64,000 bases of DNA from the human T2T-CHM13v2.0 reference genome, Homo sapiens (GCF_009914755.1 NC_060937.1); one strand, 5' to 3'. Counted from the stretch's first letter, positions 37,910-53,974 are shown. Notes: generated by a model from the letters alone, not told the origin. Program-made: numbers and translations.

Positions 37910-40900
37910 TGAACTGTTCCACATGAGCATACAGCCATGACAGGTTTAGAGCAAACTAGAAGCCTGAGCATGCAGTGAGTGTTTACTACTGCTGTTTGAT
38001 AAAGTCTACAATAAAATAAATTTGAATCAGTTACTATATAATTTTACTCCATTATAATGAAGCATACTAGTAGGCTGTTTGCAAAAATAATAATTCATAA
38101 TACTGAATTTTTTTGTTTTTTAATTCTTCTTATTTTGTTATACCTGCGACATGAAGAATATGCATCACTATTGGACATAAATTTTAATCATCACAGAATA
38201 CAGTAAATGATAAGAACCTTGAACTAGTAAATGGCTGTGTTTCTCTTGACCAGGATATTCTATATCTTAATGATGACAATAGTTTCCTAACTACATGCTG
38301 TGAATGTGACTCCACTAGCTCCCTTACCCTGTCCCTATTTGGCTCCTGCAAAAGCAAAATATTGATTATTCTTCTGCTTTCCTGATTCGATCAGAATTTT
38401 ATTCTAAGGCACGTAGGCTGTTTTTTAAACAAATATAAGACTTAAAATAAAAAATATATAATTACTATATGTTATTATAAAGTGGGAGGGCCAGTGAGAT
38501 AAGATGACAGAACTCAAAAGAAAGTGTAGGAAGCTGGGAATGGGTTTTACTGCATCACCCAGAATGCTCCCAAGAAGTATCACCAAATCTCCATATTAAA
38601 GAATATACTGAACACAGATGAGTGCTGATATTCAAGGCCGTAGCAATTTGCAGGTAGAGTTTTTGCAGGAATAATCTGAAGTTTATATAAAATATAATTT
38701 GGGGAGCATTTCTATGGTTCTTGTTCATTGTTCCACTTTGCAGTATGACTAACACAAATGACTAGAAAACAAGCAGGAAGTCCTACTTCCTAGGCAAAAC
38801 TCTTAACAAAGAGCCTAAAACCTATTCTGAAAGCAAACAGCATCCCAAGTGCATAAATTGAGCCAAGAAAAAGGATTATGGAGAAGACTATACTTTAGCA
38901 GGCACATAAACATCAGAGAGCTGGGCTATATACACATAGTTGTGCTTATCTATATATGTCATAAAGGGTCTTACCTTCTGTAAATGAACAGTTTTACATA
39001 ATGGTATAATAAACGAAGAGAAAAAGAAAGATGAAAATAAAAAGAAAGTGGAAGTAGATAAGAAAGAAGGCAGGAATGGAGGGAGAAAAAAGGTAGAAAG
39101 GAAGCTTTGTTAAAAGACTTCCGACTTGCAAAAAGGGTGAAGAGAGTGGATAATGGTGATATATGACATTTCAATGAAAAACTTTGCTGTCTGTAATTTT
39201 TTTTATTAAAGAGTGACAATACTCTTCCTCATTTGTGCAAAGGGAAAAAAAAAGAATGGAAAAAGCTAACTCCTGTTCTGACCATGACAGCGTATATACT
39301 TGAGTGTGACTGATGCCTTGGAAAAGGCATGGGGTAATGAGAGTTACGACATTGATTAAAAGAAGCAGAAGGAATTGGCTGGACAACGGCAGTGAAAAGC
39401 AATAAGGCAGTGCTGAAAAACTACCAAAAGCTTCATTCATTTATTAATCTATTCATTCATTCATCCAATTGTACAAAGTAATAAGGCAGGCATGGTCACT
39501 TTCCTCAAGGAGTCAGTGTCAGAAGGAGACATAAAAGAAATCATCCCTAAAGTAACCAGTTTCATTTTGTGAATCTACAATGGTAAAGTACATATACAAA
39601 AGAGACAAAATGACTCGGGATCAGGAAAATACATGTTTCCTCAGGTTCTCGATGAAAGGCTGAATATCTCCACCACGGTTGTGTTCTAAGAACAGGGATA
39701 CATGGTGAAAATAAAAGTCTAAAAATACAATATCTGACAACCAGTGCTGGAGGCAGAGTGAGGATTTTCTTAAACTCATAGAGTTCAGAGAATATAAACA
39801 GCTTGGCTCCTCCTTCAAAACATATGAACCAAGTTCTTACAGTCTTGAAATAACTGAAATTCATAAACCTACATAAATAACAATTATGCATAATCAAACA
39901 GGTTTAACTTCAGAAATGAAGTGAATCACTGGGCAACTACAACAAGCTAGCAATTTTGAGACCAGCTGTTTCTCATAAAAGTGGAACTGTAATTTGGATA
40001 ACAGAACATAGGCAGAATGAAGACACTGTGTTTCCCTTTGAGTAATTGCTTTTGTTACTAATAGAAAAGAACACATTCTCTTATCCTGAAGTAGCATTAC
40101 AATATGTGGCAGCCTCTAACTAAATCAGAGAGGAATAATTAAGAGGATATATAACAATTTGATGTATTAACTTCTAGAAGACCATTGTACTTGAGGAAGC
40201 CAATAAATAATATTTTGAAAGGTAAGGGCACATATAATTAAACGTAACTGAAAAGATAAAATAACCAATTCTCATACTGCTACACCTAAACTTTCAAGCT
40301 TGCATCTATAAATATGAAGCAGAGTGTAGTTGTTTATGCAAGTGTCAGAGTTTCTTGAAGGATAGGTTTTAGTTATTAATAAATCATAACATATGAGAGG
40401 GACATAATGTAATATCTAGGCTAAGAAATTCTATAGCCATAAGAACTCTCACCTGCCTTGGAAAGTAAATAGCTCTGGGGAGCCATATGCGGCCAAAGGA
40501 AGCCACAACTTTTCTTACTCTATACATAATTTCAGCATTTAACCTTGTATTGGTTGATCTATCTGGTTGTGTGTGTCTTTTATTTATATCATACTATGGA
40601 GCTTAGCAAGAGTAAGAACTATAGCTTCTCTCTGTTGCCATCTATAGCTCACAGCACTTAGTATCCAGCAGGTGCTCAAGTAATATTATTGATAGTTATG
40701 CCATACTGATGTGTATTTGACCTTGCATGCCTCAGGTAAATCACAATATTCTGCTTTTTGTTTATGTTTTCTTCTTTTCTTCAAAGAGTTTCTCCCAGAG
40801 AAAGTCAGGATTATCAGTTGGGTTTCCACATCGACCTATGCCTAAAGTTGACACTGCATATTTAATAGTTTGTTTGCAAATACTTGTGGGTCAAGCACTA

Positions 40901-41444
40901 GCCTCCCATGTTTTGGTGGGTGAAAGATGAATAGGCTATGACCACAAAGAGCTTAAAGTCCAAAAGGGTTAGTTGTCTATTAATCTCGATGACACTCAAA
41001 ATCCAGTAAATTTTGAAGGGCAATGTATGTGAATGACAAGGAAGGTATTCCAGGTAATAGTGTCACAACACACAAATGAAAGAAGTGAGTCTGTCTTACA
41101 AACAGTGGACTCAGCATAAATATACACTACAGTACACATGTATTCTAACTATTCTAAGTAACTTTATTTAGAATAGTAACAGATTCAGGTTTTTATACAG
41201 GAAATAACTACAGCCTTGGCGTTTGGGAAACTTGGTTCTCGTTCTGACTCCCCACATGTAGCTGCATATCTAGTTCTATGTTTACTCATCTGTGATAAGC
41301 AGTGGGCTAACAAACTCTCAGTTCTTTTCAGTTTTAATATTATATGTTTATGATTAGATTAGGTGGCTGATGGGGGGTGGCAGGTGAATGATGGCATCAA
41401 TCTTCAGTGGCAGAGAGAAAAGTAACATTAAAAATATAAAATCT

Positions 41445-41562
41445 GACCAGCATGGTGCCTCATGCCTGTAATCCCAGCACTTTGGGAGGTCGAGGTGGGT
41501 GGGTCACTTGAGGTCAGGAGTTTGAGACCAACCTGTCCAAAATAACAAAACCCCGTCTCTAC

Positions 41563-41593
<31 letters not shown>

Positions 41594-41759
41594 AGTCGGA
41601 TGTGTTGGCATCCACCTGTAATCCCAGCTAATCAGAAGGCTGAGGCAGGAGAATCACTTGAATCCAGGTGGCAGAGGTTGCTGTGAGCCGAGATCGCTCC
41701 ACTGCACTCCAGCCTCGGTGACAGAGCAAAGCTCCATCTAAATAAAAATAAAATTAAAA
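41445..41759 (+). mobile_element. Alu SINE (AluS) with A28 middle linker
   Basis: Alu dimer; pure A run at 41564-41591; TSD core TAAAATCT. Confidence 0.96.
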
Positions 41760-42724
41760 TAAAATCTGAAGTGCAAGAATTGATTTAGAAGGAAATCTCT
41801 TGATTTTTTCCCTCTTTATGTGTATACTGTGATTTTTATGTTCTGACAGAAAACTCAAGTGAAAAATTTTAGGGGACAATGGAGAATATGGACTTGACAC
41901 TTCAGAGAGAACACTTGCGACAAGAGTGGATTTGGAAGTCTTCTGCATAAAGGTGACGGTGCTTTGAAAGTGAATGATATCACAGAGAGTAAAATTTTTA
42001 CAGAAAGAAAAAAAGCAGTCCAATGACAAAGCTTTTGCCAAGATTCATGTGTAGGCAGTGTCAAAAGAAGAAGCAGAAAAGGTGACAGCTATTTCAGTGA
42101 AGAACTTTATAAGCGTATGTCAGAATTTTTTTTAATGTTAAGAAAAAATGGTAATTCTTCATATGCATATTTGCTAGCCTTTATTAAATGATCGTAAGAA
42201 CCATGCAAGGGTAATATTACTAAACCAATTACTATGAGGAATGTCAGTGGTAGAGATATAGTGGAGTATTAGACATTGCCATTTTTTCTCCTAGCTTGAA
42301 AATGATGGATTCATGTTTCAGAGTTAGACATTTTTAATGCCAGGAGCCATGTTCTCTTAGTTATTACTTTAATAAGATCAAGAAAGATGAAGAATCAAAA
42401 AATCCCACTGAATTTGATGTTTGGGAAAGTGTTGTGTATCTTTCAGAGAACACAAATCAAATTTCAAAGAAGTGCTAAATTTAGAAGGTGTGGTGGCAAG
42501 CTACACACAAAACAGAAAGCCTACATCCCCAAAACAGGAATAAGGTCATAATACTTTATGAGTAATAAAGAAAACACACTTAAAGGGTGGAAACTTGAGA
42601 GTGTAGGAAAATCAAAGGGAAACATGTCATGTAATAATGTGATCTCAGCTAAAGTTCAGGAAGAAAAAAGAAAAAAGAGCATACAATTAAAGAAACTAGA
42701 AATAAGGCTGTTTACACATTGTTC

Positions 42725-42925
42725 AAAACTATAAAGTCACAATTTGCCTGGGTTCAGACCCTAGTTATGTCATTCACTAGCTGTTTGGCTTTAGGAAGCT
42801 TACTTATTTCTCTATGCCTAAATTTCCTCATCTGTAAAATGTATAAAAGAGCAATATCTAAAACACAGGTTTGTTGTAATGATTACATGAATGGTGCATG
42901 CCAGATAGATGTAAGCACAAAGAAA
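42725..42925 (+). mobile_element. MIR SINE
   Basis: TGCCTGGGTTCAGACCC..CACTAGCTGT..TTTCCTCATCTGTAAAATG core. Confidence 0.85.
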
Positions 42926-43949
42926 ATAATACATACCACTAGAGGTAATTCAAGGACACATAGAGCTTGACATTTGAAACACAAATAATGACACTGGATT
43001 TAGTTAAAAGGATAAAGATATAGAAACAGTTTAAGGAAAGAACAAACTGTAAGAGAGGGATAATGGCCATCCATCTACTAAAGACTCTGCTGAAACCTCT
43101 GATTTATTCATCTCCCCAAAGAAAGATTATCCATTTCCCTGATCAGGGCCTGAGTTATTGATTCAGTCACATTTACTAACAGGCAGTATTATGGGGCATT
43201 AAAAATAAATTAATTTCCATATGCAATTTCTTGTATTTGTTGCCCCGCATGAAGCAAGTGGTACATAGCCTCTCAGCCTGTCACATACAGGCTCTTTTAG
43301 CTTTTTCTTTTCTGTTTCCTTTCTACCAGCTGAGGCAGTGTAGGGCAAGAAGACAGAAATGTCAGAAAGTTTGGTTAGGGCCTTTATGGGGAAGGGATGG
43401 CCTGTCTTAGACTCCTGCCCTTAGCTAAGTACTTCAAAGTAACTTTACCAATATTCTATGGAATTGAAAATTAGACACAAGTCTAACTGTTAATATATTG
43501 GTATTCATTTGTCATTCTTTGTGTGTTATATACACAATAGCAATAATTAGGGAATTTTTATGTCCTTTCCCCTAATACCACATGAAGCCATCAATACTCT
43601 AACCACTTACTAGTTTCTTCCTTGCTCAAACTCATCTTTTCTATTTGAAATGAGATCATAGATTGAGAGAAACAGAAGTGGAGATATGAATGGCTGCTTC
43701 AGGAGAGAAAAGAAAGTGTGAGAAATATATTACAGAGAACCAACAATAATAATACAAAGAGATGTGTTAAAGGAGGTTTGAGCAACTAACTATGAGAAAC
43801 CAACTGAGCTTTTCTTGGATGAAAGTATAGTAAAGCATGATTTTATAGCTTTATCAAACAATGTTAGGTTATGCCAGATAGAAAGTGCAATAGAAACTGA
43901 AGCTGTCAAACAAATAAATTTCTTTCACTATTGATATGTCTTCTTTCCT

Positions 43950-45543
43950 GGCCCCATGCAAAATCCTCGAAGAGAAAGCCCATGACTCACATCTCCAGCT
44001 TGGAACTCTTCTTTCTCCTCCAGACACAAATGTCTATGTACTAGACATAACTATTTGGATTTCTAAAACATCTCTAATTCACCACAACTAACAGAATACT
44101 ACAGATACTGTCCCCATTTCTTCAAATCAGTGGTTTCTTGCAGCTTTCTCCACTTCTCTAGAAGGTAGCTGAACATTTCTAGTTTTTCAAGTCCAAACCC
44201 TTTGTTCTGTCCATAACCTCTCCCTCCCTCCCCGACTCTTTCTCATCCCTGTCTTTGTCTCTATATCTCTGTCTCTCTGTATTCTTTATTTCTATCGATG
44301 TCTTCTCTATTGCTTTCTTCAATACATTTATCAACACATCCTATTGTACACTATACACCCAATTTTTATACTTTGCACCCCTCATTCCCCTACTTTTCTA
44401 GGCCATCATTATTTTTCACATGGATTAGCAAAATAGCTTCCAACCAGACTCCTGGCTTCTTTACCTGGACACTATTTTCAATACAACAGGATGAAGAGAT
44501 ATTTTTAAATATAAGTTTATCTTTTCACTTCTTTACTCAAAACCTTGCAGGGGCTTTTAATATCATCCAGAGAAAAAGCCACTATCCTTACAATGACCTT
44601 GGTGGATTAAAATAAGTATTTATTTCTTGTTTTTACTTGCTTATCTGTGCTTTGACTGTGTGTGGTGGTGGAGGGGGCAGGTGATTGGGAGTCAAATTTC
44701 TCTATTGATCTTGGCTGGACTTCATCAGACTTGGCTCCAGGCCCCAGATTTGTTCACATCTACTTGACATATCTCTCCTCTTTCTGTGACAAGCGTTCTA
44801 CATAAACCATGTTCTTTTTATGATGATGGCAGAAGCACGAGAATGAGAACAAAATCATGTAATGCATATTAAAGCTTAAACTTGAAGATATATAATGTCA
44901 TTTCTGCTCACATTGTATTGACCAGCTCATATGACTGTACTGGCAAAGGATGTGGAAAGAAGAAGTAATAAGGAATTAGAAATAATCGTTCAAACTATCA
45001 CAACCTATAAAGACATACTTGATCTGGCTACTCATTTCCTCCATGACCCCATCTTTTACATTTCTCCTCATTCAATGTACTTCAGTCACATTTGTCTCCT
45101 TTCCGTTCCTTATATGTGCCAGGCAAGATCAGCCAACAAAAAAATATGTAATTGCTTTTTTCTCTGCCTATGATGCTCTTCCTGCACATATCTACATAGC
45201 TAGTTTGTTCATTTCCTTCATGTCTTTACCCAAAAGTCTCCCTTTCAAGTGAGGCTTTCCCTGACCACCTACTCAAACTTTTCATATTTACTCTGCATTT
45301 TGTATTCTTTTATACCTTCATTTTGTATTATTTGCATTTTGTATTCTTTTGTATTGTTTTCCCTTTTTTTGTATTCTTTTTCCTTTAATACCCATTATTA
45401 AGTAATCTACCATTTTTTTACTTACCATGTTCATTGTCTTTCTACCCCGTTAAGATATGTGTTTCATAAGAGTGCTAATTTCTTTATGCTTTGTTCAGCA
45501 TATGCCAAAGCCTTGGAATAAATATTTATGAATGAATGAATGA
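43950..45543 (+). mobile_element. L2 LINE 3' region, interrupted by an MLT1 LTR
   Basis: L2 phrases on both sides of the insert (ATCCTTACAATGACCT | ACCTATAAAGAC), GTGAGGCTTTCCCTGACCACC, (TGAA)n tail at about 45528-45543. Confidence 0.75.
44599..45002 (-). mobile_element. Old MLT1 (H/I-like) MaLR LTR
   Basis: CTTGGCTCCAGG..GATGGCAGAAGCAC..CATTTCTGCTCACATT..ATTGACCA ... CTATCACA terminus. Confidence 0.65.
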
Positions 45544-45670
45544 AGATGGATATCAAAGTCAACGTTGAGTCCCCTAGCTGGCCCTTTCCTCCTACACATG
45601 AATTGATAGGCAATCTAAACAAGATATTGTACTTCCCAAATCATATCAGGGACCTCTCTTAAATTTGATG

Positions 45671-45926
<256 letters not shown>

Positions 45927-46119
45927 TTAGGCATCATTGTGTTCTTATAAAGCAAATACTTCAAACATCCTTGATCCAAGTACTCCTTTCTCACAATCTA
46001 TAGCTTTGCCACATTCAACCTGATTCTCATATTTATTTCTTAGAACTCCAGTTAAGTAAAATCATGAAATCTCTTTGTGGGATTATATCTGGGTATTCTC
46101 TTAGTCAAGAAGCAGAGTT

Positions 46120-46405
46120 GGCCGGGTGCGGTGGCTCGCGCCTGTAATCCCAGCACTTTGGGAGGCTGAGGTGGGTGAATCATGAGGTTAGGAGTTCGAG
46201 ACCCAGCCTGATCAACATGTGTTGTATATATATATATATACACAAAAATTAGCCGGGCGTGGTGGTGCATGCCTATAACCCCAGCTACTCAGGAGGCTGA
46301 GGCAGGAGATTTGCTTGAACCCAGAAGGCAGAAGGTTGCAGTGAGCCAAGATTGCACCACTGGACTCCAGCTTGGGTAACAGAGCAAGAATCCATCTCAA
46401 AAAAA
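46120..46405 (+). mobile_element. Alu SINE (AluS) with internal (TA)n replacement
   Basis: TSD AAGAAGCAGAGTT at 46107-46119 and 46406-46418. Confidence 0.96.
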
Positions 46406-47006
46406 AAGAAGCAGAGTTAGGCTATTAATTGTTTTAGATAACATTTTAAACATGTTATTTGTTATTTTTCATGAGCACTGTGCACATTTATGCATTTTTT
46501 TCATATTGCTGTGGTTATGCTATATTTCTACACCCATTTATATCATCTATTATTTAAGAAATTCACATGTCATATTAGCAGAATTAACATTCAAATGGAC
46601 TTTTTCTTTAGAAGATCAAGCAAAGAAACATTTGTGGAGGAAAAAGAGAAAATGAGCTATGCTCATAGTATCAGGGAATAATAATTGTGATTTCTAATTT
46701 TGGCGTAAACTTTGGTAGATCAATAACCATTCTTTATTGAAATACACTCAAAGTCTTATTTTAAAGTTCTTTAAGAGGGAAAGTTAAAATCTTAATGGTG
46801 ACACTAAAGTAAGTGTAGTGTGTGTTTGTTTGCTTTCATAAGAGTTAGGAGAGGTAAATAACTCATACTCCGTATTAGAAGTTACTTTGTTTTCTATTAT
46901 AAGAGATGAGAATTACAATCTATTATTAGAGATGGGAAGTACAATCAAGTTTAAGAAAAAATGAGGCTCAGTTTTTATCATTTAAATGTGTTTTGAAAAG
47001 AAAATC

Positions 47007-48504
<1,498 letters not shown>

Positions 48505-49339
48505 TTTCACTAAAAATATATTTATCACAGATCATTAAATTTATTTACTGTTATAAGGTCATCTTCTTTTTTTTTTCTTTTCTTTTTTTTTTTTTGTCAT
48601 CTTAGTTATTTGCCTAAATGGCTACCTGTCAGATTTGTCTACTGTTAATTAGAATTGTATACAGTTTTTTTTAAATCTTTCGTTTTCCACAATATCTTTT
48701 TTCTATTTTCTTTTAATTTTCTTAATAAACTCAACAATATGACCCTTTAGGGACATAGTTTCTCCAAATAAACACATTCAATTTATTTTCATTATTCAAT
48801 GTACTTTTCAAATTTCACCTATTATTCAACATTCAGATGACTTCCATAATTTTTGATTTAATTTTGTGTAGCTTTCTTATTTAGCAATATTTCATTGTGA
48901 TTTATTGCATATAGCAAGAACAGAAAATAAAACAAAGACAAACTAAAAAGAAAGTCAGTTAAGCTCTATGTAAATAAGTAAAATAGGGTGATGTTGTATC
49001 AAGTAACTCATAGCTCTTTCAGATTGGTGAGCCAATTTAAAGATTTCATTAAAAGGGTAATATTTCTGGCTAGATCTGAATAATAAAATCGCATTGATAA
49101 AAATCAATTGGAGAATATTTCAAGGAATGGTACAAAGGCCCCAAGGTAACAACAAATTTTGGCATATTTAAGAAGCAACAGGAAAGTCCGTTTACGTCAA
49201 GGAGATGAAATGCCTGAAGAAAGTGGAAGCAATTCATGCATGGCTTTGTAAGTCTAAGAAAAAAAGTTATTTTATTTTGCAATTAGAAAACTGGAAAGTG
49301 ACATGTTCTGATTGACTCGTTGTTGTTCGGAGAATGTGT

Positions 49340-49690
49340 GCATTCATTTATTCAACAAATTTGTATTGAGCATCTTCTATGCACCAGACACTGTTTTAGA
49401 TACTGAGGATACATCAGCAAAAAAAATGTGTAAATATATCTGCCCTGTCTGCATTTGCATTATAGTGGTGGGAATATGCACAATAAACAATAAGCTAAAG
49501 ATAAGTAAATTACAGGATATGTAAAGAGATTGGAAGTACTAGGGAGAAAAGAAAAAGCAGAGGATGGAGGAGGGATGAAGAATGCCAGAGAATAGTAAGG
49601 ATGAGTTAAATTTTAAATAGGTTAGTCAGACCAGGCAAGATTGAAAATAGATTTAAATAAAGGCTTGAGAAGAAAGGAAAGAATTTGAGC
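49340..49690 (-). mobile_element. L2 LINE 3' end
   Basis: CATTCATTTATTCAACAAATTTGTATTGAGCATCTTCTATGCACCAGACACTGTTTTAG. Confidence 0.85.
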
Positions 49691-50013
49691 CCATGTAATC
49701 TAACTTCATTACTATTATAATTGAGAAAAATATCAACCAAAGAATTAGTATTTTTCCTATTTTCTCCTCCTTTTACCATGTTTATCTCATGCTTGTGGCT
49801 TGAAACTTGATCTTTAACCTCTGTAATTATTATTTCAAGACAATATTTAGACTTTATTTTGTTGATAAAAAAAATTCTGATCGAAATTAATTTTAGGTAA
49901 CATTCTAAGCAAATATATTTTTACATTTTTTTGTTTCTCCCATCATCTCAATATTATTCTTCAACTTTCAGTAATTATAATAAATGTAATTATCAAAATA
50001 TCTGTAACAGAAG

Positions 50014-50417
50014 TGTGATGGTTTATTTCTTGTGTCAGCTTAATTAGAACAAAGCAGATATTCAGTTAGACAGTATTCTGGATATTTCTGTGAAAGTATT
50101 TTTAAATGAGATCAATATTTAAATCAGTAGACTTTAAGGAAAGCAGATTTTCCTCCATAAAATGTGTGCACCTCATTAAATCAGTTGAAAGCCTTAAGCA
50201 AAAGAAGACTGATTCCCCAGAGCAAGAAGGAATTCCATCAGCACACTGCCTTTGCATTGAAGCTGCAGCGTCAACTCCACCCTGGTCTCCAGCCTACCAG
50301 CCCACTCTACAGATTTGGACTTGCCAGGCTTCGCAATCATGTGAGTGAAATCCTTAAAAGAGCCTCTCCTTCTTTCTTCTATTGGTTCTGTTTCTCTAGA
50401 TAGCACTGACTAACATA
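50014..50417 (+). mobile_element. MLT2 (B/D-like) solo LTR (ERVL)
   Basis: TGTGATGGTT..TGTGTCAGCTT ... AATCAGTTGAAAGCCTT ... CTATTGGTTCTGTTTCTCT..CTGACTAA. Confidence 0.88.
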
Positions 50418-50769
50418 AAAGATATATTCTGTAAGAATTTCTCCTAATAAAATCTCAGAAGATAAAATAGTCCTGTAAAATGCCAATAATGGAAGTTGTA
50501 ACACCAGAATAAACTAATATAAAAATTGACAGAAGCAGACAAGGAACTCTGTTGGAAATGCATATGCTGCACTAAGAGATTATAAAAAATTACTTTTTAA
50601 ATGTAAAATAAATTATAAATTATATATATTTCAAAATATAATACTAGCATTATGATATCGTAGAAAAATTAACTAAACTAGTTTTTAGACCAAGAAATGG
50701 ACTCAATGGCAATAGAAAAAGAAGAGACAGTTACAGACACAAAGGTGTTAGGGTTTCTGCCAAGAATTG

Positions 50770-51282
50770 ATCTCCCATTAACTTGTGTGTTACCTTTGCA
50801 GATGTGATTTTATTCCATGGCATTGTCTCCTAATTGCTGTTGATTTGGCCAAGGGACATACTTGATCCAAGCTGAGACAGATGATCTCCCTGGAGAAATT
50901 TGAAGTAGGAATAAGAGGCAGCTAGTTAATTTATCAGAGGCTGGAATAGAGTTTTTAAAACTTAGAAAATTTAAATCTGGCCCATCTTGATCATGTGCAT
51001 AGTAGACTACTAAAAACAGTTTAGGTGGTTGAAAGTTGAGAGAGGGAGGAGAGATAGGAGAGAAGAGTAGGAGAGGAAAAGAAAGAATTGAATTGAGTCT
51101 ATAGATATGAGCAGAGCTGAGCAAAGGAAAGAAATCCCTGCCTGGGTCCTAAGGAATCTATAATTTCTGGTACCAAACCCTTGGGAGACTGGCTCTTTTT
51201 GAAACCTGTGAATAGTGGCATATCTTAATCTAGATTGAAGTGTGCTTCCACTTCTTTAGACTAAAAGATGCTTGCTAAAACA
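50770..51282 (+). mobile_element. Probable ancient MLT1/LTR16-type LTR remnant
   Basis: GATTTGGCCAAGGGA..TGATCCAAGCTG and a 3' end resembling ...AAAAGATGCTTGCTAAAACA. Very diverged. Confidence 0.4.
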
Positions 51283-53974
51283 GGCTGAAGAGAACCATAT
51301 GATGGAAAGGAGTTGTGTTCAGATGAAAGATGAGGTAACATGCATACAGAAAAAGGACCAGAAAAAATAAAAACAAATAATAAATAGCCAAATAAATGTG
51401 CCTTCCTGGCATGTTAGAAAAAGTGAATGAGGTTATTATAATGACATGATTTTTTTTTACCTGTTATATTGATGTGTACAATTTAAGCTGTGATCACTGG
51501 TTTATAATCAATCAGTATTTAGAAGTAACAGGGCTGCTGAAATTTTGTTATTATCTTACAAGGACTGAGTTATAATTAAGCTTATGGTTTAGTCTTCAAA
51601 ACTAAGAAACTTGTTAGGCCTGTCATCAAGACTCATCCTTAAACAACCCTTGTTAGTAATCCCAAGGAGTCATCCGAAAAACACAATTGACATGCAAGTT
51701 GGAACCTCACAATTGCTGAAGGAAGCTGAGCAATGAGACTAAGACTGACAGTTTCTCAGGACAAAATTTGTTAGGTCTAGGCATATGTTTCTGGTCTAGA
51801 AGTTTATATTGACATACTTTAGAAGGAATAGAGTGCTAACAACGTGGCATCAACTTAATTAAGAGTCTAATCCTGTAGAAACACTGTACCTGTTGGCTAG
51901 AGGGCCCCCAAATCTTAGATTTCGATTAAAAAAACTATGGTTTCTGACTAATTGTGTCTAATCTGAAAAACCATAATATGTCCCAGAAATCCCATCACTC
52001 TAGTCTTGTAAATAATATTTTCTAGACAATGCTTCTCAAATCCACACGGAACATAGACATTATTTATCAGACCAAGGAAATTTACATTTTAAAGCTGAAC
52101 TTATGGACATGCTTACATCAACCTAAGCCTTTATAAAGAAAATTTATATCCATGTGTATGCTTGCACAAGTTCTATAGAACTTGTCTCATTCTATCTAAT
52201 CTAATCTGATCTAATTCTGAATATCTTGCAAATTGTACAGCAAAGGCCTTAATTGCTTTTCTTTTTTAATTTATAGTCTTAATGACTACAATGAATTAAC
52301 AAAAATATTGATGATATCCATTATGCATTTGTGTTGTGATTGCTGAAATATCTATCAGAAATTGATAGATTCATATCTTAACTTCTCAGTAATTCTAGGA
52401 AACTCTTTTCTAGTCCTCCCTCCTCCACACACGTACAAGAATAAGCCTCTCCACTCCCCAAAAAATTACTATTAAATATTATTTTTTCTTTCTTTTCCTC
52501 CTTTTTTCTGTTTCTCTTGCTGTTTCTATTCATTTTGTCTAGAATTGTTTTCTTATTATTGTATCCCACTTTCAATTGAGAATAACTCCTTGAGGACTCT
52601 GCTTTTTTATGCTTCATGCCAGCCACAGTGACCTAACATCCCTTTACATCCATATCTATACAACCTAAGTAGAATTGGAATTGACCATCAGATTCAGTGT
52701 ATTCAGGTCGTGGCAGCCTGTCAAAAATGCCCTACAAGTAATACGGCTTGTATTTCAAGAGTTCTGCCAATCACATAAACCACAAATGAATCTTTCAGAC
52801 ACAGCTATTTCTAAAGCTGTTTACAAAGAGGCATAGACTATATCTTGATGATCACACACGGTTAAAAGCTCTCATTTTGAGATGGAAACATGTGCAATGC
52901 TCTATGAATCATTATTATTCATGATAGTAATAATAGCACTACCATCCAATGAAACAATAGCAATAATGGCTTTGGTTTATTCTTTGCAACTTAAAATGAC
53001 TCATCCAATTATCAGAATAGCTAATAAATACTTGTAAAATACATGTTAATTTAGTCTGCTAATAAAAAATGCTATATAAGTGTACCGTAATCATATAACA
53101 ATACCAGTGCTGTGTTCACAAGTTAATGAATAATGAACTACTTTTTAAAATGACCTCAATCTTAATTTTTAAAATTGGGTTTAGAGGTTTTTTTACTTCT
53201 TTTAATTCATATAAGAAAAGGCCAAAACTAAAAATTAGTTTTATACTCAAGTGCAATGCATTAAAAATTGAATTTTCACACTTTGGAATTGGGGACTTAA
53301 CTGCTATTGAAAATAGCATTAATATGATAATGATATGCTAAAAGAAAATATTTCATTCTGTATTTCTTCTAGCTTAACTGCATATGATTTTCTTTACTTT
53401 TACTGCCCATTATGCATAGGTGATAGCCTCAAATCCTTTTAATGAATCAGTGATACAGTGGTCACTATATTGTTCTAAATATATTGACAACCTGAGCTGT
53501 CACGAAAGTTATATGCATTCTCTGAGTCTTTGGCAGAAGCAAAGATGAAAAAGACATTGCCAAGAAGCTTATAGTCAAGAGAAAGAGAGAGGAGTATAAA
53601 ATCATTCAGATGCACAGCATATTTGAACCCTTTCCATCAAAGAGGCCCCATTTATAACCTGAAACATTTTGTAACACCTCTTCCCTTTCTCCTAAAATTT
53701 GTTTACACCTCAAGGCTACCCTGGAGTCATCACTGTCCAGACATGGACTCCTGTCCTCTTTTGTTTTCTCTCTTATCTTACTTACATCTTTTTTATTCCT
53801 CAAATTGACAGCAGCTGCTCTCTTAGGAAGCAATACTCCTTCTTTTTCAAAAAGTAAAAATTCAGAGGAAGTTATCGGACAAATGCAGATTTGTCTTTGG
53901 CAGATGGGATAAAAAAAAAAGACAGGAAACCTTTATGCTAAATGATATTGCTATGTTCCGCATGAATAACTTTA

